Source: the human T2T-CHM13v2.0 reference genome, Homo sapiens. Taken from it: a DNA stretch of 64,000 nucleotides. Every line of letters begins with the position of its first letter. Within the stretch, counting starts at the first letter, position 1. The notes beneath the pieces are model-generated. The model made no database searches. It was not told the DNA's origin and worked only from the letters and a program-made list of their open reading frames with translations. The position numbers and the translations under genes are program-made. Shown in pieces: positions 13,401-26,800 of the stretch. The stretch lies in assembly GCF_009914755.1 (NCBI RefSeq), contig NC_060933.1. One strand, 5' to 3'.

Positions 13401-16400
13401 TCCATTACATTCCATTCCATTCGGGTTGTTCCATTCCATTCCATTCCATTCCACTCCATTCCATTGCACTCGGGTTTATTCCATTCCATGCCATTCCATT
13501 CCGTTCAATTCCATTCCATTACAATTCGTTCCATTCCATTCTATTCCGTACCATTCCATTCGATTCCATACCATTCCATTCCATTCCATTCCATTCAATT
13601 CCGTTCCATTCCGTTCCATTCCATACCATTCCATTCTATTCGGATTAATTCCATTCCATTCCATTCCATTCCATTCTATTCCATTCCATTGCAATCGAGT
13701 TGAATCCATTGCATTTCATTCCATTCCAATCCATTCCATTCCATTCCGGAAGATTCCATTCCATTGCATTCCATTCCATTCCATTCCCCTGCACTCGCGT
13801 TGATTCCATTCCATTCCATTCCATTCCATTCCATTCCATTCCATTCCGTTCCGTTCCATTCCATTCCATTCCATTCCATTCCGTTCCGTTCCATTCCATT
13901 CCATTCCATTCTATTCGGGTTAATTCCATTCCATTCCATTCGATTGCAATCGAGTTGATTCCATTCCATTCCATTCCATTCCATTCCATTCCATTCCTTT
14001 CCATTCCATTACGGATGATTCCATTCCATTGCATTCCATTCCATTCCATTCCCCTGTACTCGGGTTGATTCCATTCCATTCCATTCCAATCCATGCCATT
14101 CCACTCGTGTTGATTCCATTCGTTCCATTCCATTCAAGTTGAATCCATTCCATTGCATTCCATTCCATTCGATTCCATTCGATTGCACTCGGGTTGATTC
14201 CATTCCATTGCATTCCATTCCATTCCATTCTATTCCATTCCATTCCATTCCATTCCGTTCCATTCCATTTCATTACATTCAGATTGATACTATTCAATTC
14301 CCTTACACTCCATTATATTCCAATCCATTCTGGTTGTTTCCATTCCATTCCATTCCATTTCACTCCATTCTATTGCACTCGGGTTGATTCCATTCCATTC
14401 CATTCCATTGCATTCCATTCCATTCCATTTCGGATGATTCCACTCCATTGCATTCCATTCCATTCCATTCCCCTGCACTCGGGTTGATTCCATTCCATTC
14501 CATTCCATTACATTCCGTTCCATTCCATTCCATTCCATTCGGATTGATTCTATTAAATTCCCTTACACTCCATTACATTCCATTCCATTCGGGTAGTTTC
14601 CATTCCATTCCATTCCATTCCTCTCCATTCTATTGCACTCGGGTTGATTCCATTCCCTTCCATTCCATTTTTTTCCATTCCATTACATTACATTACATTC
14701 CGTTCCATTGTACTCGGGTTGATTCCATTCCATTGCATTCCATTCCATTCCATTCCATTCCATTCCATTCCATTCCATTCCAATCCGTTCCATTCCATTA
14801 CATTCGGATTGATTCTATTCAACTCCCTTACTCTCCATTACATTCCATTCCATTCGGGTTGTTCCATTCCATTCCATTCCATTCCACTCCATTCCATTGC
14901 ACTCGGGTTGATTCCATTCCATTCCATTCCATTCCATTCCATTCCATTCCGTTCCATCCCATTCCGGATGATTCCATTCCATTGCATTCCGTTCCATTAC
15001 ATTACCCTGCACTCGGGTTGATTCCATTCCATTCCATTCCATTCCATTCCATTCCATTCCAATTCTTTCCATTCCATTCTATTCCGTACCATTCCATTCC
15101 ATTCCATACAATTCCATTCCATTCCATTCCACTCCGTTCCGTTGCGTTCCGTTCCGTTCCGTTCCACTCCATTCCATTCCATTCTATTCGGTTTAATTCC
15201 ATTCCATTCCATTCCATTCCATTCCATTCTATTCCATTCCATTGCAATCGAGTTGAATCCATTGCATTCCATTCCATTCCATTCCATTCCATTCCATTCC
15301 ATTCCATTCCGGAAGATTCCATTCCATTGCATTCCATTCCATTCCATTCTATTCCATTCCATTCCATTCCATTCCATTGTACTCGGGTTGATTCCATTCC
15401 ATTGCATTCCATTCCATTCCATTCCATTCCATTCCGTTCCATTCCATTCCATTACATTCGGATTGATTCTTTTCAACTCACTTACTCTCCATTACATTCC
15501 ATTCCATTCGGGTTGTTCCATTCCATTCCATTCCATTCCATTCCATTCCATTCCATTGCACTCGGGTTGATTCCATTCCATTCCATTCCATTCCATTCCG
15601 GATGATTCCATTCCATTGCATTCCGTTCCATTACATTCCCCTGCACTCGGGTTGATTCCATTCCATTCCATTCCATTCCATTCCATTCGATTCCATTCCA
15701 TTCCCCTGCACTCGCGTTGATTCCATGCCATTCCATTGCATTCCATTCCATTCCATTCCAGTCCTTTCCATTCCATTCCACTCGGGTTGATTCCATTCTA
15801 TTAGTTTCCATTCCATTCCATTCCCTTCCATTCCACTCTGGTTGATTCCATTCCTTTCCATTCCACTCGAATACATTCCCTCCTTTCCACTCGGAACGAT
15901 TCCATTCCATTCCATTCCATTCCATTCCATTCTATTTCGTTCCATTCCATTCTATTCCATATCATTCCATTCCATTCCATTCCATTCCATTCCTTTCCAT
16001 TCCACTCGTGTTGATTCCATTGCTTTCTATTCCATTCGGTTTGAAGGCATTCCATTCCATTCCATTCCATTCCATTCCATTCCATTACAATCCATTCCAT
16101 TGTACTCGGGTTGATTCCATTCCATTGCATTGCATTCCATTCCATTCCATTCCATTCCGTTGCATTCCATTCCATTACATTCGGATTGATTCTATTCAAC
16201 TCCCTTACTCTCCATTACATTCCATTCCATTCGGGTTGTTCCATTCCATTTCATTCCATTCCACTCCATTCCCCTGCACTCGCGTTGATTCCATTCCATT
16301 CCATTCCATTCCATTCCATTCCGTTCCGTTCCGTTCCATTCCATTCCATTCCATTCCATTCCATTCCGTTCCGTTCCGTTCCATTCCATTCCATTCCATT

Positions 16401-18820
16401 CTATTCGGGTTTATTCCATTCCATTCCATTCGATTGCAATCGAGTTGATTCCATTCCATTCCATTCCATTCCATTCCATTCCTTTCCATTCCATTACGGA
16501 TGATTCCATTCCATTGCATTCCATTCCATTCCATTCCATTCCATTCCATTCCATTCCATTCCATTGTACTCGGGTTGATTCCATTCCATTGCATTCCATT
16601 CCATTCCATTCCATTCCATTCCATTCCATTCCATTCCTTTCCATTCCATTCCATTACATTCGGATTGATTCTTTTCAACTCCCTTACTCTCCATTACATT
16701 CCATTCCATTCGGGTTGTTCCATTCCATTCCATTCCATTCCACTCCATTCCATTGCACTCGGGTTGATTCCATTCCATTCCATTCCATTCCATTCCATTC
16801 CGGATGATTCCATTCCATTGCATTCCGTTCCAATACATTCCGCTGCACTCGGGTTGATTCCATTCCATTCCATTCCATTCCATTCCATTCCATTCGATTC
16901 CCCTGCACTCGCGTGGATTCCATTCCATTCCATTCCATTCCATTCCATTCCATTCCATTGTACTCGGGTTGATTCCATTCCATTGCATTCCATTCCATTC
17001 CATTCCATTCCATTCCGTTACATTCCATTCCATTACATTCGGATTGATTCTATTCAACTCCCTTACTCTCCATTACATTCCATTCCATTCGGGTTGTTCC
17101 ATTCCATTCCATTCCATTCCACTCCATTCCCCTGCACTCGCGTTGATTCCATTCCATTCCATTCCATTCCATTCCATTCCATTCCTTTCCGTTCCATTCC
17201 ATTCCATTCCATTCCATTCCATTCCATTCCGTTCCGTCCCATTTCATTCCATTCCATTCTATTCGGGTTAATTCCATTCCATTCCATTCGATTGCAATGG
17301 AGTTGATTCCATTCCATTCCATTCCATTCCATTCCATTCCATTACGGATGATTCCATTCCATTGCATTCCATTCCATTCCATTCCCCTGTACTCGGGTTG
17401 ATTCCATTCCATTCCATTCCAATCCATGCCATTCCACTCGTGTTGATTCCATTCTTTCCATTCCATTCAAGTTGAATCCATTCCATTGCATTCCATTCCA
17501 TTCGATTCCATTCGATTGCACTCGGGTTGATTCCATTCCATTGCATTCCATTCCATTCCATTCCATTCCATTCCATTCCATTCCATTCCATTCCATTACA
17601 TTCGGATTGATTCTATTCAATTCCCTTACACTCCATTCCATTCCTTTCCATTCCATTCCATTCCGTTCCATTCCATTCCATTATATTCGGATTGATTATA
17701 TTCAATTCCCTTACACTCCATTACATTCCATTCCATTCGGGTAGTTTCCATTCCATTCTATTCCATTCCTCACCATTCCATTGTACTCGGGTTAATTCCA
17801 TTCCATTGCATTCCATTCCATTCCATTCAATTCCTTTCCGTTCCATTCCATTCCATTACATTCAGATTGATTCTGTTCAACTCCCTTACTCTCCATTACA
17901 TTCCATTCCATTCGGGTTGTTCCATTCCATTCCATTCCATTCCACTCCATTCCATTGCACTCGGGTTTATTCCATTCCATGCCATTCCATTCCGTTCAAT
18001 TCCATTCCATTACAATTCGTTCCATTCCATTCTATTCCGTACCATTCCATTCGATTCCATACCATTCCATTCCATTCCATTCCATTCAATTCCGTTCCAT
18101 TCCGTTCCATTCCATACCATTCCATTCTATTCGGATTAATTCCATTCCATTCCATTCCATTCCATTCTATTCCATTCCATTGCAATCGAGTTGAATCCAT
18201 TGCATTTCATTCCATTCCAATCCATTCCATTCCATTCCGGAAGATTCCATTCCATTGCATTCCATTCCATTCCATTCCCCTGCACTCGCGTTGATTCCAT
18301 TCCATTCCATTCCATTCCATTCCATTCCATTCCATTCCGTTCCGTTCCATTCCATTCCATTCCATTCCATTCCGTTCCGTTCCATTCCATTCCATTCCAT
18401 TCTATTCGGGTTAATTCCATTCCATTCCATTCGATTGCAATCGAGTTGATTCCATTCCATTCCATTCCATTCCATTCCATTCCATTCCTTTCCATTCCAT
18501 TACGGATGATTCCATTCCATTGCATTCCATTCCATTCCATTCCCCTGTACTCGGGTTGATTCCATTCCATTCCATTCCAATCCATGCCATTCCACTCGTG
18601 TTGATTCCATTCGTTCCATTCCATTCAAGTTGAATCCATTCCATTGCATTCCATTCCATTCGATTCCATTCGATTGCACTCGGGTTGATTCCATTCCATT
18701 GCATTCCATTCCATTCCATTCTATTCCATTCCATTCCATTCCATTCCGTTCCATTCCATTTCATTACATTCAGATTGATACTATTCAATTCCCTTACACT
18801 CCATTATATTCCAATCCATT

Positions 18821-19870
18821 CTGGTTGTTTCCATTCCATTCCATTCCATTTCACTCCATTCTATTGCACTCGGGTTGATTCCATTCCATTCCATTCCATT
18901 GCATTCCATTCCATTCCATTTCGGATGATTCCACTCCATTGCATTCCATTCCATTCCATTCCCCTGCACTCGGGTTGATTCCATTCCATTCCATTCCATT
19001 ACATTCCGTTCCATTCCATTCCATTCCATTCGGATTGATTCTATTAAATTCCCTTACACTCCATTACATTCCATTCCATTCGGGTAGTTTCCATTCCATT
19101 CCATTCCATTCCTCTCCATTCTATTGCACTCGGGTTGATTCCATTCCCTTCCATTCCATTTTTTTCCATTCCATTACATTACATTACATTCCGTTCCATT
19201 GTACTCGGGTTGATTCCATTCCATTGCATTCCATTCCATTCCATTCCATTCCATTCCATTCCATTCCATTCCAATCCGTTCCATTCCATTACATTCGGAT
19301 TGATTCTATTCAACTCCCTTACTCTCCATTACATTCCATTCCATTCTGGTTGTTTCCATTCCATTCCATTCCATTTCACTCCATTCTATTGCACTCGGGT
19401 TGATTCCATTCCATTCCATTCCATTGCATTCCATTCCATTCCATTTCGGATGATTCCACTCCATTGCATTCCATTCCATTCCATTCCCCTGCACTCGGGT
19501 TGATTCCATTCCATTCCATTCCATTACATTCCGTTCCATTCCATTCCATTCCATTCGGATTGATTCTATTAAATTCCCTTACACTCCATTACATTCCATT
19601 CCATTCGGGTAGTTTCCATTCCATTCCATTCCATTCCTCTCCATTCTATTGCACTCGGGTTGATTCCATTCCCTTCCATTCCATTTTTTTCCATTCCATT
19701 ACATTACATTACATTCCGTTCCATTGTACTCGGGTTGATTCCATTCCATTGCATTCCATTCCATTCCATTCCATTCCATTCCATTCCATTCCATTCCAAT
19801 CCGTTCCATTCCATTACATTCGGATTGATTCTATTCAACTCCCTTACTCTCCATTACATTCCATTCCATT
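18821..19870 (+). repeat. 525-bp tandem duplication inside copy 3 of the 4.49-kb unit
   Basis: CTGGTTGTTT at 18821 and 19346; T7 marker at 19159 and 19684; ORFs 18939/19464 and 19135/19660 offset by 525. Confidence 0.92.
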
Positions 19871-21080
19871 CGGGTTGTTCCATTCCATTCCATTCCATTC
19901 CACTCCATTCCATTGCACTCGGGTTGATTCCATTCCATTCCATTCCATTCCATTCCATTCCATTCCGTTCCATCCCATTCCGGATGATTCCATTCCATTG
20001 CATTCCGTTCCATTACATTACCCTGCACTCGGGTTGATTCCATTCCATTCCATTCCATTCCATTCCATTCCATTCCAATTCTTTCCATTCCATTCTATTC
20101 CGTACCATTCCATTCCATTCCATACAATTCCATTCCATTCCATTCCACTCCGTTCCGTTGCGTTCCGTTCCGTTCCGTTCCACTCCATTCCATTCCATTC
20201 TATTCGGTTTAATTCCATTCCATTCCATTCCATTCCATTCTATTCCATTCCATTGCAATCGAGTTGAATCCATTGCATTCCATTCCATTCCATTCCATTC
20301 CATTCCATTCCGGAAGATTCCATTCCATTGCATTCCATTCCATTCCATTCTATTCCATTCCATTCCATTCCATTCCATTGTACTCGGGTTGATTCCATTC
20401 CATTGCATTCCATTCCATTCCATTCCATTCCATTCCGTTCCATTCCATTCCATTACATTCGGATTGATTCTTTTCAACTCACTTACTCTCCATTACATTC
20501 CATTCCATTCGGGTTGTTCCATTCCATTCCATTCCATTCCATTCCATTCCATTCCATTGCACTCGGGTTGATTCCATTCCATTCCATTCCATTCCATTCC
20601 AGATGATTCCATTCCATTGCATTCCGTTCCATTACATTCCCCTGCACTCGGGTTGATTCCATTCCATTCCATTCCATTCCATTCCATTCCATTCGATTCC
20701 ATTCCATTCCCCTGCACTCGCGTTGATTCCATGCCATTCCATTGCATTCCATTCCATTCCATTCCAGTCCTTTCCATTCCATTCCACTCGGGTTGATTCC
20801 ATTCTATTAGTTTCCATTCCATTCCATTCCCTTCCATTCCACTCTGGTTGATTCCATTCCTTTCCATTCCACTCGAATACATTCCCTCCTTTCCACTCGG
20901 AACGATTCCATTCCATTCCATTCCATTCCATTCCATTCCATTCTATTTCGTTCCATTCCATTCTATTCCATATCATTCCATTCCATTCCATTCCATTCCA
21001 TTCCTTTCCATTCCACTCGTGTTGATTCCATTGCTTTCTATTCCATTCGGTTTGAAGGCATTCCATTCCATTCCATTCCA

Positions 21081-21200
21081 TTCCATTCCATTCCATTACA
21101 ATCCATTCCATTGTACTCGGGTTGATTCCATTCAATTGCATTCCATTCCATTCCATTACAATCCATTCCATTGTACTCGGGTTGATTCCATTCCATTGCA
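21081..21200 (+). repeat. 60-bp tandem duplication inside copy 3 of the 4.49-kb unit
   Basis: TTACAATCCATTCCATTGTACTCGGGTTGATTCCA at 21096 and 21156; single in copies 1 and 2 (~11589, ~16085). Confidence 0.9.
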
Positions 21201-23889
21201 TTCCATTCCATTCCATTCCATTCCATTCCGTTGCATTCCATTCCATTACATTCGGATTGATTCTATTCAACTCCCTTACTCTCCATTACATTCCATTCCA
21301 TTCGGGTTGTTCCATTCCATTTCATTCCATTCCACTCCATTCCCCTGCACTCGCGTTGATTCCATTCCATTCCATTCCATTCCATTCCATTCCGTTCCGT
21401 TCCGTTCCATTCCATTCCATTCCATTCCATTCCATTCCGTTCCGTTCCGTTCCATTCCATTCCATTCCATTCTATTCGGGTTTATTCCATTCCATTCCAT
21501 TCGATTGCAATCGAGTTGATTCCATTCCATTCCATTCCATTCCATTCCATTCCATTCCTTTCCATTCCATTACGGATGATTCCATTCCATTGCATTCCAT
21601 TCCATTCCATTCCCCTGAACTCGGGTTGATTCCATTCCATTCCATTCCAATCCATGCCATTCCACTCGTGTTGATTCCATTCTTTCCATTCCATTCAAGT
21701 TGAATCCATTCCATTGCATTCCATTCCATTCGATTCCATTCGATTGCACTCGGGTTGATTCCATTCCATTGCATTCCATTCCATTCCATTCCATTCCATT
21801 CCATTCCGTTCCATTCCATTCCATTACATTCGGATTGATTCTATTCAACTCCCTTACTCTCCATTACATTCCATTCCATTCGAGTTGTTCCATTCCATTC
21901 CATTCCATTCAACTCCATTCCATTGCACTCGGGTTGATTCCATTCCATTCCATTCCATTCCATTCCATTCCATTCCATTCCAGAAGATTCCATTCCATAG
22001 CATTCCATTCCATTCCATTCCCCTGCACTCGCGTTGATTCCATTCCATTCCATTCTATTCCATTCCATTCCCTTCCTTTCCGTACCATTCCATTCCATTC
22101 CATTCCATTCCATTCCGTTCCGTTCCATTCCATTCCATTCCATTCTATTCGGGTTAATTCCATTCCATTCAATTCGATTGCAATCGAGTTGATTCCATTC
22201 CATTCCATTCCATTCCATTCCTTTCCATTCCATTACGGATGATTCCATTCCATTGCATTCCATTCCATTCCATTCCCCTGTACTCGGGTTGATTCCATTC
22301 CATTCCATTCCAATCCATGCCATTCCACTCGTGTTGATTCCATTCTTTCCATTCCATTCAAGTTGAATCCATTCCATTGCATTCCATTCCATTCGATTCC
22401 ATTCGATTGCACTCGGGTTGATTCCATTCCATTGCATTCCATTCCATTCCATTCCATTCCATTCCATTCCGTTCCATTCCATTTCATTACATTCAGATTG
22501 ATTCTATTCAATTCCCTTACACTCCATTATATTCCAATCCATTCTGGTTGTCTCCATTCCATTCCATTCCATTTCACTCCATTCCATTGCACTCGGGTTG
22601 ATTCCATTCCATTCCATTCCATTGCATTCCATTCCATTCCATTCCGGATGATTCCATTCCATTGCATTCCGTTCCATTCCATTCCCCTGCACTCGGGTTG
22701 AATCCATTCCATTCCATTCCGTTACATTCCGTTAAATTCCATTCAATTCCATTCCATTCGGTTTGATTCTATTCAATTCCCTTACACTCCATTACATTCC
22801 ATTCCATTCTGGTAGATTCCATTCCATTCCATTCCATTCGGGTAGTTTCCATTCCATTCCATTCCATTCCTCTCCATTACATTGCACTCGGGTTGATTCC
22901 ATTCCATTCCATTCCATTCCATTCCATTCCATTACATTAAATTACATTCCGTTCCATTGTACTCGGGTTGATTCCATTCCATTGCATTCCATTCCATTCC
23001 ATTCCATTCCATTCCATTCCATTCCATTCCATTCCATTCCATTCGGATTGATTCTATTCAACTCCCTTACTCTCCATTACATTCCATTCCATTCTGGTTG
23101 TTCCATTCCATTCCATTCCATTCCACTCCATTCCATTGCACTCGGGTTGATTCCATTCCATTCCATTCCGTTCCATTCCATTCCATTCCATTCCATTCCG
23201 GATGATTCCATTCCATTACATTCCGTTCCATTACATTCCCCTGCACTCGGGTTGATTCCATTCCATTCCATTCCATTCCATTCGATTCCATTCCATTCCA
23301 ATTCTTTCCAGTCCATTCTATTCCGTAACATTCCATTCCATTCAATACAATTCCATTCCATTCCATTCCACTCCGTTCCGTTCCGTTCCGTTCCGTTCCA
23401 TTCCATTCCATTCTATTCGGTTTAATTCCATTCCATTCCATTCCATTCCATTCTATTCCATTCCATTGTAATCGAGTTGAATCCATTGCATTCCATTCCA
23501 TTCCATTCCATTCCATTCCATTCCGGAAGATTCCATTCCATTGCATTCCATTCCATTCCATTCCACTCCATTCCATTCCATTCCATTGTACTCGGGTTGA
23601 TTCCATTCCATTGCATTCCATTCCATTCCATTCCATTCCATTCCATTCCTTTCCATTCCATTCCATTACATTCGGATTGATTCTTTTCAACTCCCTTACT
23701 CTCCATTACATTCCATTCCATTCGGGTTGTTCCATTCCATTCCATTCCATTCCACTCCATTCCATTGCACTCGGGTTGATTCCATTCCATTCCATTCCAT
23801 TCCATTCCATTCCGGATGATTCCATTCCATTGCATTCCGCTCCAATACATTCCCCTGCACTCGGGTTGATTCCATTCCATTCCATTCCA

Positions 23890-26800
23890 TTCCATTCGAT
23901 TCCATTCGATTCCCCTGCCCTCGCGTGGATTCCATTCCATTCCATTCCATTCCATTCCATTCCATTCCATTCCATTCCTTTCCGTTCCATTCCATTCCAT
24001 TCCATTCCATTCCGTTCCGTTCCATTCCATTCCATTCCATTCTATTCGGGTTAATTCCATTCCATTCCATTCGATTGCAATCGAGTTGATTCCATTCCAT
24101 TCCATTCCATTCCATTCCATTCCATTCCATTCCTTTCCATTCCATTACGGATGATTACATTCCATTGCATTCCATTCCATTCCATTCCCCTGTACTCGGG
24201 TTGATTCCATTCCATTCCATTCCAATCCATGCCATTCCACTCGCGTTGATTCCATTCTTTACTTTCCATTCAAGTTGAATCCATTCCATTGCATTCCATT
24301 CCATTCGACTACATTCGATTGCACTCGGGTTGATTCCATTACATTGCATTCCATTCCATTCCATTCCATTACATTCCATTCCGTTCCATTGCATTTCATT
24401 ACATTCTGATTGATTCTATTCAATTCCCTTACACTCCGTTATATTCCAATCCATTCTGGTTGTTTCTATTCCATTCCATTCCATTTCACTCCATTCCATT
24501 GCACTCGGGTTGATTCCATTCCATTCCATTCCATTCCATTCCGTACGATTCCATTCCATTGCATTCCATTCCATTCAATTCCCCTGCACTCGGGTTGATT
24601 CCATTCCATTCCATTACATTACATTCCGTTCCATTACATTCCATTCCATTCGGATTGATTCTATTCAATTCACTAACACTTCATTACATTCCATTCCATT
24701 CGGGTAGTTTCCATTCCATTGCATTCCATTCCTCTCTATTCCATTGCACTCGGGTTGATTCCATTCCATTCCATTCCATTCCATTCCATTCCATTCCATT
24801 CCATTCCATTCCTTTCCATTCCATTCCATTCCAATGTACTCGGGTTGACTCCATTCCATTGCATTCCATTCCATTCCATTCCATTCCATTCCGTTCCATT
24901 CCATTCCATTACATTCGGATTGATTCTATTCAACTCCCTTACTCTCCATTACATTCGATTCCATTCGGGTTGTTCCATTCCATTCCATTCCATTCCACTC
25001 CATTCCATTGCACTCGGGTTTATTCCATTCCATTCCATTCCATTCCGGAAAATTCCATTCCATTGCATTCCATTACATTCCATGCCCCTGCACTCGCGTT
25101 GATTCCATTCCATTCCATTCCATTCCATTCCATTCCATTCCATTCCTTTCCGTTCCATTCCATTCCATTCCATTCCATTCCATTCCGTTCCGTTCTGTTC
25201 CATTCCATTCCTTTCCATTCTATTCGGCTTAATTCCATTCCATTCCATTCGATTGCAATCGAGTTGATTCCATTCCATTCCATTCCATTCCATTCCATTC
25301 CCCTGTACTCGGGTTGATTCCATTCCATTCCATTCCAATCCATGCCATTCCACTCGTGTTGATTCCATTCTTTCCATTCCATTCAAGTTGAATCCATTCC
25401 ATTGCATTCCATTCCATTCGATTCCATTTGATTGCACTCTGGTTGATTCCATTCCATTGCATTCTATTCCATTCCATTTCATTCCATTCCATTCCATTTC
25501 ATTCCATTCCATTCCATTTCATTCCATTCCATTCCTTTCCATTCCATTCCATTCCATTCCATTCCATTCCATTGCAATCGAGTTGATTCCTTTCCATTCC
25601 TTTCCATTCCATTCCATTGCCTTGCATTCCACTCGGGTTGATTCCATTCCCTTCTTTCCACTCCATTATATTCCCTTCCATTCCACTCGGAATGATTGAT
25701 TCCATTCCATTCCATTCCATTTCATTCCATTGCAATCCATTCCAATCCATTCCATTCCATTCCATTCCACTCGAGTTGATTTCATTCCATTCCTTTCCAT
25801 TCCATTCCATTCCTTTCCATTCGAGTTGATTCCATTCCATTCCATTCCATTGCATTCCATTCCATGCCATTCCACTCGGGTTGATTCCATTCCATTCCAT
25901 TCCATTCCACTGCATTCCATTCCATTCCATTCCCCTGAAATCGGGTTGATTCCATTCCATTCCATTCCATTTAATTCCATTCCATTCCATTCCATTCCAT
26001 TCCATTCCATTCCATTCCAATCCGTTCCATTCCATTCCATTCCATTGCAATCGTCTTGATTCCATTCCATTCCATTCCATTCCATTCCATTCCATTCCAT
26101 TCCATTCCATTCCATTTTGTTCCAATCCATTCTATTCTGAACCATTCCATTCCATTCCATTCCATTCCATTCCATTCCATTCCATTCCATTCCATGCCAT
26201 TCCTCTCGGGTTGATTCCATTCCTTTCCACTCCATTCGGGTTGAATTCATTCCACTCCATTCCATTCCATTCGAATCCATTCCATTGCACTCCGGTTGAT
26301 TCAATTCCATTCCATTCCATTCGATTCCATTCCATTCCATTACATTCCGTTCCATTCCATTTCATTACATTCAGATTGATTCTATGCAATTCCCTTACAC
26401 TCCATTATATTCCAATCCATTCTGGTTGTTTCCATTCCATTCCATTCCATTTCACTCCATTCCATTGCACTCGGTTTGATTCCATTCCATTCCATTCCAT
26501 TCCATTCCGGATGATTCCATTCCATTGCATTCCATTCCATTCCATTCCCCTGCACTCAGGTTGATTCCATTCCATTCCATTCCACTCCATTCGGTTCCGT
26601 TCCATTCCATTCTATTGCATTCCATTCTATTCGGGTTAATTCCATTCCATTCTATTCCATTCCATTCCATTCCATTCCATTGCAATGGAGTTGATTCCAT
26701 TCCATTCCATTCCATTCCGGATGATTCCATTCCATTGCATTCCATTCCATTCCATTCCCCTGCACTCGTGTTGATTCCATTCCCTTCCATTCCATTCCAT

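Larger units (their letters stand above)
7530..21600 (+). repeat. Recent tandem triplication of a ~4.49-kb unit
   Basis: Identical 200-aa ORF translations at 8705/13201/17692 (offsets 4496, 4491) and 385-aa ORFs at 9952/14448. Private T7 marker CCATTTTTTTCC at 10172, 14668, 19159. Unit-end marker TACGGATG at 12001, 16497, 21573 (last interval 5076 = 4491+525+60). Confidence 0.93.
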
